Notes: generated by a model not told the origin, from the letters alone. DNA of 64,000 nucleotides from Yuukianura sp. NJ FZ-2021 (GCA_046563655.1 CM102289.1:8494001-8558000), one strand, 5' to 3'; shown: positions 15,001 to 29,180, numbered from the stretch's first letter. Made by a program: numbers and translations.

Positions 15001-18000
15001 AACTAGGGCGGTTCAGTACAAAAAGCTACAAAAAATTCACAGAGGGAGAAACAGTAAAAAATTGACTCTTGAATTTTGCTTTTGCAGAATTCAAATTCGA
15101 AATTGTGTAGCTTTTTTTTTTCAATCGACTGTGTAATTTTGAACTTTTGAAAAGTACAAGAAAAAACAGCGTTTTTGCTGCTGCTGTACGTGTTAAAGCT
15201 TGTTCAAATGAAAGTCATTTTGTGTGGAGTCTCATGCTGGTTTGTGAGAAGATTAATGTTTGGGCGTCAGAAATTCTTTTTTTTTTGTGTAAAAACCTGG
15301 ACGAATGCATCTTTCCATGACGAGATTTTGATCTTCTTTGTTTTTTTTTATTTCCGTTACACAGACAGTGGAAACCCGTCAAGGTCAAACAGTACTCAGC
15401 TCCTTGTTTCCGTTGAAGGTATATGCACTTTTAATTACCAAATAACGACACAGTAGAAGTGAATTAAAAACTTTCAAAATTTGAAATTTCCAGATCGCAA
15501 CGACAATCCACCCAAATTTTTTCAGGTAAAGCTTCTTAAGCTTTTGACTTAACTCCAGATTTCTCTATTCCTAGTTTCTCCAACTCAAATCAAAATTTTA
15601 TTTCAAATGTACATTTTTTCATTTAAATAATATTGCAAAAAATAATAATATTTTTAGAGCATATTTCAAGAAACAGTTCCTGAAAACCTGCCAATTGGAA
15701 GTTCAGCAATTAAAATCCAGGCATTTGATGCCGATGATGAGCTGAATGCCAAATTGCAATACAAAATTTCCAATCGTGACAATTCAGAAAAATTTCCCTT
15801 TGAAATTGACTCCAATACCGGATGGATTCTGACTACTCAAAATTTGGATCGTGAGGAACAAAATCGTTTTGATTTTAGCGTAATTGCGTCGGATTCGGCA
15901 GAACAACCGCTCAGTTCCACCGCTAGCGTCGTCATTTTAGTGTCAGATGTCAACGATAACGGTATAATTTAAAAATTTAAAACTTTGCAAAGGTCAAAGG
16001 TCACTTGCTTACAGCAAAATTTCAAAACTCACTTTCAGATCCCATATTTTTACCAAAAATTTACGAAGCTACAATTTCCGAACAAGATCCACCGGGGACT
16101 CCTGTTGAAACTGTAAAAGCTACCGACCCAGATGAAAACTCTCGTTTGATGTATGAAATTACTGAGGGAAATACTCGAAATCGATTTTCAATTTCAACTC
16201 AAAATGGAGAAGGGCGGATCTCAATTGCTCAACCGCTAGATTTCAAATTGGAGAGAAAATTTGTGTTGGTTGTAAAGGCAACAGACAATGGGGGGAGATT
16301 TGACCTTGCAACGGTGTACATAGAAGTTTTGGATTCAAATTCCAATGCTCCTGTTTTCCAAAGTACTCCATACTCTGTCAAAATTTTTGAAGATGTTCCT
16401 TTAGGCACGACCGTGTTGACTGTGGTGGCAACGGATGCTGATTCTGGACAAAATGCACAAATTGTGTACACTTTTGTACAAGATGGGGACAATGAGGGGT
16501 ATGATGACTTTATGATTGACTCTACAACTGGAGCTATCACGACGACTAAGCTGCTGGACAGAGAAAAAGTGCCTGGATACATTCTGACAGTGAATGCACG
16601 GGACAAAGGAATTCCACCTCTGTCGGACACAACTGATGTCGAAATTGTGCTAAATGACGGTAAGAATGCGACAAAACATTATAATCAGGGATGTCAAAAA
16701 TATTTAGTTTCCACGCCAGTAATCTTAATAACAAAGAAATACTTGCGATTTTTTTTTTATTAAAGATTTACTTATTTGCCCATGCCCTGGGTCCATGCCA
16801 ATACATAAAAAAAAAGACATCAACTGAAAAGACATCAATACAAAAGACATCAACAATACAAACACATCAACAATAAAAAGACATCAAAACCAAAAGAAAT
16901 CAACAGAAAAGAAATAAGGTTTTTTTTCTTGAAATTTTGAAAAGTTAATAAGCCGGACTTAGACAATCGAACCTACAGACGTAATCCCTATGGCGTGCTT
17001 TACCAAACCTAACGCCGCGCCTTCGGCGCGGTACCGCAGGCTAAGCTAGCCACACGTCATCAGTATTGCTAACTGTGATAGGATGGCCAGACTTACTTTT
17101 TTTTTCAAAATTTTGAAAAAAAATCCCAAATTTTATATCCGGGTATAAAAATAAAATTTCTGTTGATGTCTTTTAGTTTTGATGTCTTTTCATTGTTGAT
17201 GTGTTTGCATTGTTGATGTGTTTTGTGTTGATGTCTTTTGGGTTGATGTGTTTTTATAGTTGATGTGTTTGCATTGTTGATGTCTTTCTGGTTGATGTCT
17301 TTCGTGTTGATGTCTTTTCAGCTGATGTCTTTTTTTTTATGTATTGGCGTGCTTCGCATGCCCTTAATGTTAATTAGTAAATATTTTAGCGATTTTTTAA
17401 AAACATATTTTTTGTCCATATTTCGGGGGTTTTAGCACATATTTTTGGCAACCCTAATAATATAATATTTATTATTGCATTATAATGATATTATGTGACA
17501 TAATATTTTAAAATTTATTATTATAAATATAATTATTATGTTTTTAACCTTGCAGTCAATGACCTCTCACCACAATTTGAGAGGGATTTTTACCAAACTA
17601 AAGTTTCGGAGGACGTTCCTATTGGCACCAGCGTTCTGCAGGTTCAAGCTTCGGTAAGTCTGTAATTTTGTCTCACCTGTCGAAAATTTAACGCTACATC
17701 AACTCTCGCTGTGTTGTGAATGCAAATACTAGAATTTAAATATTTGCGCCAACTCTATTTCTTGCTTCCTACTACTGCTAAAAAGCACAAAACATGTAAT
17801 TTGAAATTCCCGGGCAAACTTACAGTTACCGGCACCGTTACAGTTCCAATTTTAGTCACTAATATTCAGCATTCACTCAATTTAGGTAGAAACGTGCCTA
17901 TTGTTTCAAACGTTCAATTGACACGCCTTGACTTCCAACGGAAAAATTCAGGCGGTCACTTTGAATTTTTGAATTTCAGGATGGAGACCAAGGACGAAAC

Positions 18001-21000
18001 AGTATCGTCCGATACAGTTTTTCTACGTTTTCAGACGGAGATGGAACTTTCTCTGTCGACAGTGCATCAGGAATCATTCGAACCGTGAAAGCACTGGACC
18101 GTGAAACAGTTTCACGGTACGAACTGGTCGTTCTTGCGACGGATCAAGGATCGCCTGAACTCACTGGAAAAACTAATGTCAAAATTGACGTTTTAGATGG
18201 TAAGAACAAATTGAACAAAAAAGTTAACTTTTTTTTGACAAATTTTAGGAAAATACAAATTTTGTGTGCTCTGTCAGCATTACTTATTCATAAATGCATA
18301 ATGCTGTCACGTCATTTCCCGATTTGACTTTTGATAGCAAGTTTTCATTGCTAATGAAGTATTGAACTCCGCCTTCAAAACATTTTATGCTATTTTATCC
18401 CGGTTGAATTGAATTTTCATTTCTTTTTAAACTTTTTTCTTTTTACAGTCAATGACAACCCGCCAATGTACGAGTCAGATCGAATCCGCTTCTTCATCCA
18501 AGAAAATTCACCCTTGGGCTCCACCGTTGGTAAATATTTGACTCATATGCATTGACTCTTAGCTATTTCCTATTTCGCACTCCAAAATTTACACAAAGTC
18601 ATGAAAAAAAATTCAATTTTCAAAATTTTCAAAAATTTAATTTCAATTTGATTCCAGGGAGGCTCCAGGCCTACGATCCAGATGAAGGTAGAATTGATTT
18701 TATTTGAATTTTTGACATTTTTGAAATCCTGGGAAGATTTTACCGTAGCAGGTGATATGGTCAGAAATATTTGGTCAGAAGTGAAATGATCAGAAGTGAA
18801 AAGGTCAGAATTCAAAAGATCTCAGGTTAGGTTTGGTTACGTTCCTTCCTTTTCTGACCTTTTTTTTTGATCATTTCACTTTTGATCTTTTCACTTTCTG
18901 ACCAAATCACATGGAACCGATTTTACTTCACCTTGTAAAAGTTTCCAAGTAAAAACTTGAAAAAAATTGAAATTTTGAAATTGTTTGTTGTTATAAAAGG
19001 CCCGAATGCTGTCATCACTTATTCAATTGTGGGTGGAGTTGATGCCAACAGCTTTACGTTAGTAACTCATCAGTTGCCGAATGGCGGCGACTCAGGAACT
19101 GCCGACATTTTAACAAAAATCGAATCACTCGATTTTGAATCCAAACGTAAAAAATTTGACATTATCGTTCGCGCTTCTTCTCCTCCTTTAAGAAACGACG
19201 TCCATGTTGAAATTCATGTTCAAGATGGTAAGCTCTACGCAAAATTGAAAAACCGCGGGAAATTGAGTAACTATGTCATTATTATAGTAATTGAGATTAC
19301 AACTGAATTGAAATTGTAACTGTCCCACATTTTTGTCACTTCCTAACTGTAAATTCTTTTGAAACTGGATTCTTTGATTACATTTTTGATGTTTAGTGAA
19401 TGACAATGGACCAGTTTTAAAACCATTTGAAATCATTCTGAACAACTACAAAGACCACTTTCCTGTCGGACCAATTGGAAGAGTTCCTGCTTCTGATGCT
19501 GACATAACAGATCAGGTAAAATGTCATCTCCAATTATTTTCAAAATTGAAAAGTGCTAATTTTCAAAATTAGTTTTTTGATTTTTGATTCTGGTCCAGCA
19601 GAAATTTGATTCACACGCTTCTGTTTTCAGAGCGTGTTTAGAAAAAAGTGTTTGATTTCGTGACTAGCGTTTCGGCTCTACTTTTTGCGTTTTTTTTTTT
19701 GTTCGTGTTTAAACAGTTTTACAAAAACTATATCATGTTTTGTAAAATTTTGCGTAGTGTTTTTTTTGCGAACTGTTAGAAATTGAAGTGGAAGTGCATG
19801 ACTAAAATTCTAAAACCGACACAAAACCAAAGGCATCTCAATTTTTTACTTTTGTAGATAATTGTCTCTTGACTTTGGGAAGTTGTTCTACTGGTTTTGA
19901 AGTCGTTATTATGTAAAAGGCGTTGACTCCTTCAAAAACTACATTACATTTTTGAGATACTAACATAAACAACCCGACTAATCCTTTGAAAAACTTTGGT
20001 TTCCTAAAAATCTCAATCAGATAATCCCGCTTTTCAGAGGAAAAGTCGGGCCCAAAAATCACAAAAGTCGGCGTAGGCGTTAAAACGTCTCTGTTTTTAC
20101 AAATTTTATGCTTGTTAACCGTAGCTCCAGTTTTAATCATCTTCGTGCTGAATATGGTCATGTCTTATGTTGTTCAGAAATTAAAATCTTTTGAAATTTG
20201 CCGCTTTTTTTTAAATTTTTAGCTTCAGTACTCCATTTTGAGTGGAAACAAAGCCAACTTGATTTACTTAAACGAAACAACTGGACTCATAACGCTGTCG
20301 CCCTACTTGGACACAAACGTTCCTCTTACTGCAAAAATGGAAATTTTAGTTTCAGGTAAGTTGCACGCCTCAATTTCTGTCACTTTGCATTAAAATTTTG
20401 GTAAAGTCTACAAAAAACGTAGTGGGGAACCCCACGGCGTGTTTTGTGTGGAGATTAAATGAAATACGACCGCGCAGTTTAAAATTTTAATGAAAAGGAT
20501 ACCGCCACGTTTTGAATTTAATTTGACCCTAACTTTAAACTTTAAATTACTTCAAAACGTGCCAAAAAATGAGTCATATAAGTCACAGCACTTTCCGAAG
20601 CTCCTCCCCTTTGTGTCTTACCAAGACAAATGGGTTGCAATTAAGTCAAATGTGCTGCGTAAAGTAGTTTTTCGGAGATTGATTAAGTACTCCAGGGAAA
20701 ATCGGAAGTAATTCCACGCCTTTTCCCGCCAAAACTTCATTCTATCCAGAAAACACTAAGCTCAAGTTCAAATTGGAAGCTAAAACGTAAAACCGAAGCT
20801 TTGCGTGTAGACTTCAATTATTCTAAAACTATTTGTTTAGGACTTTGTTTCAAACAGGGTTGAATTCACCCCGAATCTGAACAATTCCGAGTTTTAGTGA
20901 CCCCCCTAAAAGTAAACAAGTCAGGAGAAAGTCATTTTGTATCCAGGGAAAGCCAATCTGTACAAATTGTTTGTTCAGCACAGCGTGTGTTACAACTTTT

Positions 21001-24000
21001 CAGAAAAATTGAACTTTTCAAACTTTTGTTTGGGCTTTTAGATGGATTAAATGAAGTTCGAGCTGAAATGACTCTTCAAACGCGTATGATAACTGATGAG
21101 CTTCTGTTCAACTCAATTGGAGTTCAATTGTTAGATATGACAACGGAAGCATTTTTGTCTCCCCTCTTTCCACAATTTCATCAAGCATTGGCAGTGGCAC
21201 TGAACTCACCAAAAGAAAATATTGTCATTTTCAGTGTTCAGGTAAAAAAGTAGTTTCTCGTTCACGCGTAAAGTTGTAAAAAGTTTTAGAAATGAATTTT
21301 CTTTACGAGTGGCTATAAACTTTCTCGGTGGGGAACCATTTGATCTCTCGACAGGAGGAAATTGAAGATGCCCGCGGAGTGCTCAATGTCAGTTTTGCTG
21401 CCCGTAAACCAAATTCTGCTGCGGAAGAGTACTTTAGTCCAGACTATATCAAGGAACGCGTCTTTCTCAATAGATTTCTACTTTCCAAATTGAGTACTGT
21501 CGAGGTAAGAATAGAAAAAGTGGAGAATTTGGAATTTTTCAACTCAGAAACAAAAATTTTCAAAAAAATTGTCTCTAAAATTTTTAAGATTTTGCCATTT
21601 GCTGATGATTTGTGTCTGCTCGAACCTTGTCCGAATTTTGAAGATTGTCTAAGCGTTCTCAGATTTCGAAATACGACAAATTTTTTCAGTACGGACACAA
21701 TGTTGTTTCGTTCGGTACTTCCCTGGCAGACGTAAGTCATAAACCATAATGTTAAAATACTTAATTAATTTAAGCAAAAAGTTATTAATATGTTATAATT
21801 AATGAAATTATAATTAACTGATGTTTTTGTTCAGGTTTGCCTGTCGCTGTCCATCCGGATTTACTGGATTGCGAGAACATTATTTGTGTGACGCCGAAGT
21901 GAACCTATGTTTTTCCTCTCCGTGTCACAACGGTGGAACTTGTTTTAGAAAAGAACGTGGATTTTCGTGCGCATGTCCACCGGATTTTACCGGCGCACAC
22001 TGTGAAATTCAAACGACATTAGATACATGTCAACCCAACATTTGCTCTAGAGGGAGTAACTGTTTTCCTAAAATTCGTGGTGGATTTCACTGTCAAAATT
22101 GTTCAGTTCGTGGTGACTATGTGAATGACTTTTGCGAACTTTCTGCCCGGAGTTTCTACCGTGGAGCGTACTTGACTTTTCCTGGACTCAAGAATCGCTA
22201 TCGACTGAACATTCAATTGGATTTTGCAACTCAGCAACGCAATGGACTTCTACTGTACAATGGAAGATACAATGAAAAATTTGATTTTATTGCCCTCGAA
22301 ATTGTGAATTCAACAGTTCGGTTTAGTTTTTCACTGGGCTCAGTCAATGTCACACAAGTTGATACGGGAAAAGCCGTTTCCGATGGATTATGGCATCATG
22401 TTGAGGTGAACTACTTTAACAAGGTAAAAATTGCAGCTTTTTCGAACAAAATTTCAGGTTTTTCAAATAAAATTTCAGAATTTTCAGCTATTTTTGCTTT
22501 TTTCTGTTTGAAAACGTGTCTTATCTCTTTTTGGTCATTCCAGACAGCAACGCTGAGAATTGATGACTGTGATGCCATACTACATTTGGACCATCCAGAC
22601 GAATTTCCCGCTTCAAAAAGTTGTGCTGGAAGGTCCAGTCAAGTGCTGGATAGAAGATGTGACTTGTTCACAGAATCTTGTCAACGTTTTATGGACCTCA
22701 CTGGACCGCTGTACATAGGTGGCCTTCCAGGGCCGTCCAGTTCTTTTCAAGTTGAAGCCCACAGTTTCTTGGGGTGTATCAAAAATGTACTTTTAGACCA
22801 CAAATTTTTGGATTTGAACAGGTAAAAGCCCCATGCGGTTTTACTTTTAACTCAAATTTATAATACATTTTAAATTTAATGTGAAATTGCAATTTTTTTA
22901 AAAAATTTAGTTATGTAAAAGAGCATGGAACTGTTGCTGGTTGTCCGGAGAAGAAAAGTTTTTGTGCACTTCAACCCTGCAAAAATGGCGGGAAATGTGT
23001 CGAAGTGTGGGGAACATTTCGATGTCACTGCGCAGATGGATTTGGGCAGAAAGACTGTTCCGAAGGTAAAGAAAAACGGTTTTTGAGTTTCTAAAATTGA
23101 AAATTTTCAGAATTTATTGAAAAATTGTGATTTGTAATATTTTGTAGATTCCAAACCGATTTGGAACTTGAGGTCAGAGAGTAGTTTTCTGATGTTCTCA
23201 CCTCCACTGAAAACGATTCAGTTTCCCTGGTACAATTCCTTGTCGGTTCGGACTTTGAAACAATCCGGTGCACTTTTGAGCGTGACCCTGTCGAACAATG
23301 AAACAGTGATGCTGACAATGGAGAACAACGGAATTCTGCATTACACGTTAGATGGAAACAAGATTCCACTGAGTCTGCCCAGGGTCAACGATGGACATTG
23401 GCACAATATCGAAGTAAGTCTATCTGCAATTGTACCATTTTGTAAATCAACGATGTGAATCCAGCACAACTGCTAATTTTATCAAATACTTTCTAAAATA
23501 ACTTGCAACTTTTTTAACTTGCGCCAACGTCATGCAAAGAAAAACTGTCATTGTTAAAAATTTTCAAAAAATTTTGCTAAAAATTTTTTCCTACTATTTT
23601 AGGTGAAATGGATGACGGCAGAAATTTGGTTTTCGTTGGACTATGGCCAGTATGAAATCACTGTTCAGTATGAAGCCAAACTACAGAATTTGTACGTTAG
23701 CCAAGTCGTCGTTGGCGGTCCTGAGGAAGCTTTTGATGGTTGTGTGCAGGTAATATCCGACGGGTCAAAAAATAGTAGTTTCATAGGTCAAAGGTCAACT
23801 ACATTTTGTTAACCTAGGATGTACGCGTGGGAACTTTAAAATCGTACCTAAGGAAGCCTTCAAGTGAGAAGAGCGTCAGTGAGGGCTGTAACCTCGCCAC
23901 AGCATGGTGAGACCAACATGAACTATTTTTTTAAACTAATTATAAGCATTTATGAGCAAATTTTTTCACACCTAACTTTTCTTTTCCAATTTTTAGCATC

Positions 24001-27000
24001 GGAGCAACATGTCCACCGCGATCTACTTGTGTTGAAGAAGGCGGAAGACACAAATGTCGCTGTGATGCAGGGTATGTCGGAACCAGTTGCCTTCCAATTT
24101 GTGACCTCAAGCCATGCAAGAACAACGGCACATGCGCACTGGACTTGTCCAGTCCAAAAGGCTACACTTGTAGATGCGATGATCGGTTGTACCGTGGACC
24201 AAACTGCGAAGAGCTGCTAGATTTGACGTGCCCTTCGACATGGTGGAATACCGGCACAGACTGTGCTCCATGCTCTTGTCCAGCAGACAGAAACTTTAGT
24301 CCTGAATGCAACAAGAAATCGGGACAGTGCAAGTGCAAGGTCAGATTTTCTAAATTTCAAAATCAACTTTCAGCTATAAAAATTCATTTTTTTTTGAAAA
24401 TGTTGTATTTTAGGAATACCATTACGAAAAAGACGGAAGTTGTCGAGACTGTTTGTGCTACAGTGAAGGTTCCATTAGTAAAAACTGTGACGTGCACTCC
24501 GGGAAATGTCAATGCCGTAGTGGCGTTTCTGGAAGTCGATGTGACAGTTGCAATAATCCTTTCGCTGAAGTCACTTCTGCCGGCTGTGAAAGTAAAATTT
24601 TTAACTTTTTCTAGAAAAATTGAAATTTTGAAATTTATTTTCATTCTGTAGTTGTTGAAGACGGTTGTCCAAAATCTTTCACGAAAGACATTTGGTGGCC
24701 GAGGTCAAAGTTCGGCTCAACAGCCATTCATGAATGTCCATCTGGAGCCATTGGCCTTGCGACTCGAGAGTGCGTTGACCCCAGAGGCTGGGAACATCCA
24801 GACGTGTTCAACTGCACTTCAACCTCCCTCATTTCCATTTTGAATGTCATTGCGCAACTTGATTCCAATGATCTCCTTTTGTCTCCACTACTTTCTACCA
24901 AGTTGGCCTTTGACCTCCAAAAAGCACTTAACTCTTCCAAGCATCTTTACGGTAATGACTTGTGGGTGAGTCTGCGTCTTCTGCGGCATCTCATCCGATG
25001 CGAACTGGAACAAAAGGGGTTGTACCTTAGTCATCGGCAGGACAAAAATTTCATTAGAGTGAGCAATCAAATTTCATAATTTCAAACATTTTTCAAAAAC
25101 TGATTTTTATGAAAAAAAAATTAAATTTTTTAGGACTTGGCGCTTTCTACAAGTAGAATAACTTCCAAAGAATATGCTGCTGAATGGACCAGAATTCGTG
25201 ATTTGTACAACGTTGGATCAGATACACTTTTGAAAATTATGGAGGATTACCTTGCCCAACTAACGCTCAATCAAGAGGATACTTACACAAGACCTTTTGA
25301 AATTATCACACCAAATATGGGTTCGTTTGATATATTTCGAAAAAAAAAAATATCAGTTTTCTCAGCAATTTTCGAAAGAGAACGTAATATCTTTACTTTT
25401 TCTCAAAATTTTGTTTGTAGTTTTGGGGCTGGACACTGTAGAATTGACCTGGGAGAACAAAGATAGAAAGAACTTTGAAGATTTGGAATTGAAGTCGAGT
25501 TACGATCTGTACGAAGTCAGCACAGTAAAAAAGCGGGCAGTTCGATTTCCAAAGTACGACAACATTGTCATGGATCCAAGGCGCTACACTTCAAACACAA
25601 AAATCATCATTCCGTTGGATGTTCTTGGTCTAAATGAAGAAAAAGGTAAGCAATTGAACATTGAACAATCCGTTTGATAATTCCAATTTCAAATCCAAAA
25701 ATAAAATATTATTTTTGAAAACTTATTTTTTATAATGTAGAACATGTAGTTTAGTTTTACTTGTCTGTTTGTTTTTGTAGAAATGGCGGGTAACGCCGTT
25801 GTAGGGTACGTTGAGTACAATAGCCTTTGGGACATTCTTCCAAAGAGGTTCAAAAGTGATGTAGATAGACGCTTTAATTCCCGTGAGTTCACTTTTTTTC
25901 AAAATTTCAACAACATCTTCAAAAAAAATCAAAAATTTTGAAATTTTTAACCTTAGTTGTTAACTTTACAGAGTTAATTGCCCACTCTCCTGTGATTACC
26001 CTGAGCATTTTAGCCTCTCGAACTGGACTCAGAACTGGAAAGCAGTCGAGTCCTATTCGAATCAGCTACGAACTTTTTGGACGCTACATCGACTCTTCAA
26101 ATCCACAGGTATTTCAAAATTCAAAAAAAAAGAGATAATTCCAAAATTTCCAAATTTCTAAAAACACGTATACTTAAAAACTAATTACAATTAAAACTAT
26201 AGTGTGTGATATGGGAGGAGCCTACGGATGACATGAACGGTGGCTGGACGACACGTCCATGTTCAACCCAAGTACAAGAGACATACGTTGCTCATCGCAT
26301 GGGGAATGTCATGACTGTCAACTGCACTTGTTGGCACCTCTCCACATTTGCTCTACTAATTGAAAATAATGCTACTCAAGTACTGCAAATACTTCATGTG
26401 TCACACCCAATTACTCTTATTGTTTCAAACACAAAAGATCCAATTCATCTTCATTCTAAAAGAATCCAATTTGTCTTGATCTTCTTTAAAAAATGTAATT
26501 CACTTTGATTTTCTTTGAAAAATTTAATTTGTCTTGATTTTTAGGATATCCCGCGTCCTCATCTACTCGAAGACATCGTCACCTACCTTGCATTCGTATT
26601 TGCTCTGGTTCTAATATTTGGAGCTCTGGTGGCCCTTGGCCTGCTCAAGGGCCCCGTCCCTTCGACAATCACCAATACAATCCACAAGCACCTACTGTTC
26701 AATCTGTTCATATCCCTTTTACTCTACTTGGTTGGACTGAAACTAAGACTGATTTTAGTTCTACACGACATTCCTTGTCGTCTACTGGCAGTTGGACTCC
26801 ACTTCTTCTGGCTTTCTAGCTTCGCTTGGCTGTTCGGATCGTCTTTGCTTCTGCGCAGAATGTTCACGGAAGTTCGGGATGTCAATCACGGGTCGGCGTT
26901 GATTTATTATGCCCTGGGCTATGCGTTTCCCTTACTTTGTGTAGCCCTGAGTCTTGGTGTCAGAGCTCATCATTACGGAAACAAGTTCTTGTAAGTTCAA

Positions 27001-29180
27001 AAAAAAATCAAATTTTCAAATTTCAAAATTTCATATTTTCAAATTTTCAGTTGCTGGTTATCGCTGTACGAAGGAATTGTGTGGGGCATGGTTGGTCCGA
27101 TTTTGCTTTGCGTTTTTGGAAGCCTTTTTACGTTTTTGATTGCCATTCGAGCAGCGTTTACGCTCAAAGATTCTGTGATTGACTCTGGAAGTATGCGGTA
27201 AGCCGCAAGCTAAAAAAACACTTTTAAAAAAAAATTTTTTTTTGAATTTTGAACCTGAAATTTTGAATTTTGAATTTTCAGAACACTTTTGTGGATGGAT
27301 CTCACTTTACTTCCGATAGTCGGCAGCGTCTGGACGCTGAGTCTGCTAGGAGCCAATGAACGAAGTCCACTTTGGCAGTATGCCATTAGTGCTGCAGTTA
27401 CGCTGCTTGGACTCTACGTTGCCCTTGGTTACTGCATTTTGAATCAGAGAGTTAAGGATAGTCTGTACATCAGAGCTGGAAACCTGTTCAAAACCAAGGA
27501 AGACTTGAATGTATCAAATGTTTCTGTAAGCTTTATGCTAATAATATGGAAGTTAAAGATTCAAAATTTGATTTTTTTTCAAAAAAATAATTAAAAAAAA
27601 ATGAAATTTTCAGAGATCGGCACTGGCATACAGAAGTGAATCCAGAGTGGATGACCTTCGTCGTGACATATTTCTCGGTGTTCGGTCCATGGGCGTGTCC
27701 ACAGCTTCTACCACTTCAAGGTCAACCACCAAAACTTCCAGTAGTCCATTCCGTGCTGAAACGCTGCGACCGTTTGGCGCCAAATCTGCAACCAGAGTTC
27801 AGCGTTTAGTTAAAGGAAATGACAGCGACATTCCAGACTCTCCGAGGAAAGTTTACCAGAAGCGGAAAAAACGGTCGTCAGAAGAAGATGAGGCGACATC
27901 TGACGGTGACCATACGCTGGAGTTAGCGTCATCGCATTCCTCAGATGAAGATGAAGCGATTCCACCAGATCGTGGTCGAGGAGCTACAATTGGTATGTCC
28001 TACTAAAAATTTTCGAAATTTTGTGAAAATTTGAAATTTTGAATATTTGGGTGACATTGTGCAGCAATCAATGGTTACGGAACATATCGCTTACTTCCCG
28101 GGTTGGTTTCCCCTCCGCCCGCTACGTCCAATAGGAGAAGCGTTTCAGCTTCTCTTTCAACTCTACATGTTCCGCCTGTTAAACTTCCTGCTTTGCCTAG
28201 ACTCTATTCGACCAATTGGACGCCTAACATTTCCTCCAATACTAATGGCCACTACCGCGGTAGATTTCAAAATCTTCTCTCAAAGTGTCAAAATCTGCTT
28301 CTTCTGTTTCTTTTCATGTCCTTTACGCTTATTTTGCGAAAAAAAAGTTCTTGTTTTTGCGATTTCCGGTTTTCAAAATTAGAATTTTCGCGGTTTCAGA
28401 TATGAGGCAAACTGTTGGTGGCCGGAGTTCTGGAAACTCTGGATCTGACAATGAAAATTCCAATGGCATTCCGCCACCTCCTGACTACTTAACGTATCCA
28501 AAAATGCTCAATTCTTCTGAAAATCTCCATCAACCTTATCCTGGAGGTCAGGTCAAGGAGGAGCCAAAGTATGGAGAAAAGCTGCCATTTTTATTCCAAG
28601 GTGAATTTTTGAGAATTTGGGTCATTTCAAGTGAATTTTCAAATTTATTGAAGTTTGATTTAAACTTTTGAATTTTTGAAATTTTAGAATCCGTAAATGA
28701 TCTCAGTGCAAGTACGCATCCGATGAGTCCGTTGCATTCTTTCAGTCACTTGACGAGTACTCCGCTTCTTCCGTACCATCTTTCAGTCGTATCTTCCCGC
28801 CAAATGGATTCGCCAATTTCACCCGTCCAGGAAATCACTGACGAAACTGTTTCATCAGAACATGAGTAAGAAACTTTCAAAATTTCAGAAAAGTTAAAAA
28901 TTATAATTTCTAAAAGATTTTCAAAAATTGATAATAATTTTTGCAATTTTTGCTGCAAAGATTTGGGTATTACGATGACGATTGAGGTGGGACATAAGTG
29001 TGCAAAAAATCTTTTAAAAAAAAGTTTCAAAATTTTGATTTTGATTTTAACAGAAGAAGAGCTGGAGACGAAGGTCAAAGTCCGAGAGAAGGAGTTGTCA
29101 ATCCAGGACTGATTGACCGTGATGAACGAAACGATGAAGAAATCTATGGCGGATCAATTACCTCAGGCGTTTTGGTCTAA
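9039..29180 (+). CDS. stan: Flamingo/Starry night (CELSR) atypical cadherin adhesion GPCR, multi-exon, apparently complete
   Basis: Signal peptide at ATG 9039, prodomain, RIRR furin-like site before EMRNQAPYF, and tandem cadherin repeats (LDRE, DxNDxxP; about 10.4-21 kb). EGF and LamG domains follow (21.8-24.3 kb), then laminin-EGF, HormR (CPK..WWP), GAIN/GPS (CTCWHLSTFALL), 7TM (26.5-27.5 kb) and a cytoplasmic tail with STASTTSRST and LELASSHSSDEDE. Last exon 29054-29180 ends GVLV*. Micro-exons at 15494-15525 and 18658-18687. Confidence 0.96.
10024..10300. mobile_element. Foldback/MITE-like element in flamingo intron 1
   Basis: Imperfect inverted arms of about 65 bp: ctcaggaaaattgaaaggttggggtattagcagac.. 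(10036-10088) versus the reverse complement of ..gtctgctaataactcaacttttcaattttcatgag (10237-10289). No clear TSD. Confidence 0.6.
16686..17456. mobile_element. hAT-like MITE in a flamingo intron, interrupted by a nested insertion
   Basis: Termini CAGGGATGTCAAAAATAT and (reverse complement) TAGGGTTGCCAAAAATAT resemble hAT-type YAGGGTTGCCA TIRs. The flanks are AT-rich and no exact TSD is recoverable. Confidence 0.6.
16789..17356. mobile_element. Non-autonomous DNA transposon with 8-bp TSD and inverted subterminal tandem-repeat arrays
   Basis: TSD CATGCCCT at 16781-16788 and 17357-17364. Arms are built from AGACATCAAC / GTTGATGTCT repeats. The outermost bases are asymmetric (GGGTCCATG versus CGAAGCACG). 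Confidence 0.85.
18744..18918. mobile_element. 175-bp MITE with 8-bp TSD and inverted subterminal repeats
   Basis: TSD GATTTTAC at 18736-18743 and 18919-18926. Arms consist of GGTCAGAAGTGAAA-type repeats around a central GGTTAGGTTTGG. Ends read CGTAGCAGG and GGTTCCATG. Confidence 0.85.

Noticed and set aside
16801..17340. Regularly spaced short repeats resembling a CRISPR array
   Set aside because: The units are about 15 bp with no unique spacers, form inverted arrays bounded by a TSD, and lie in a eukaryotic intron with no cas genes.
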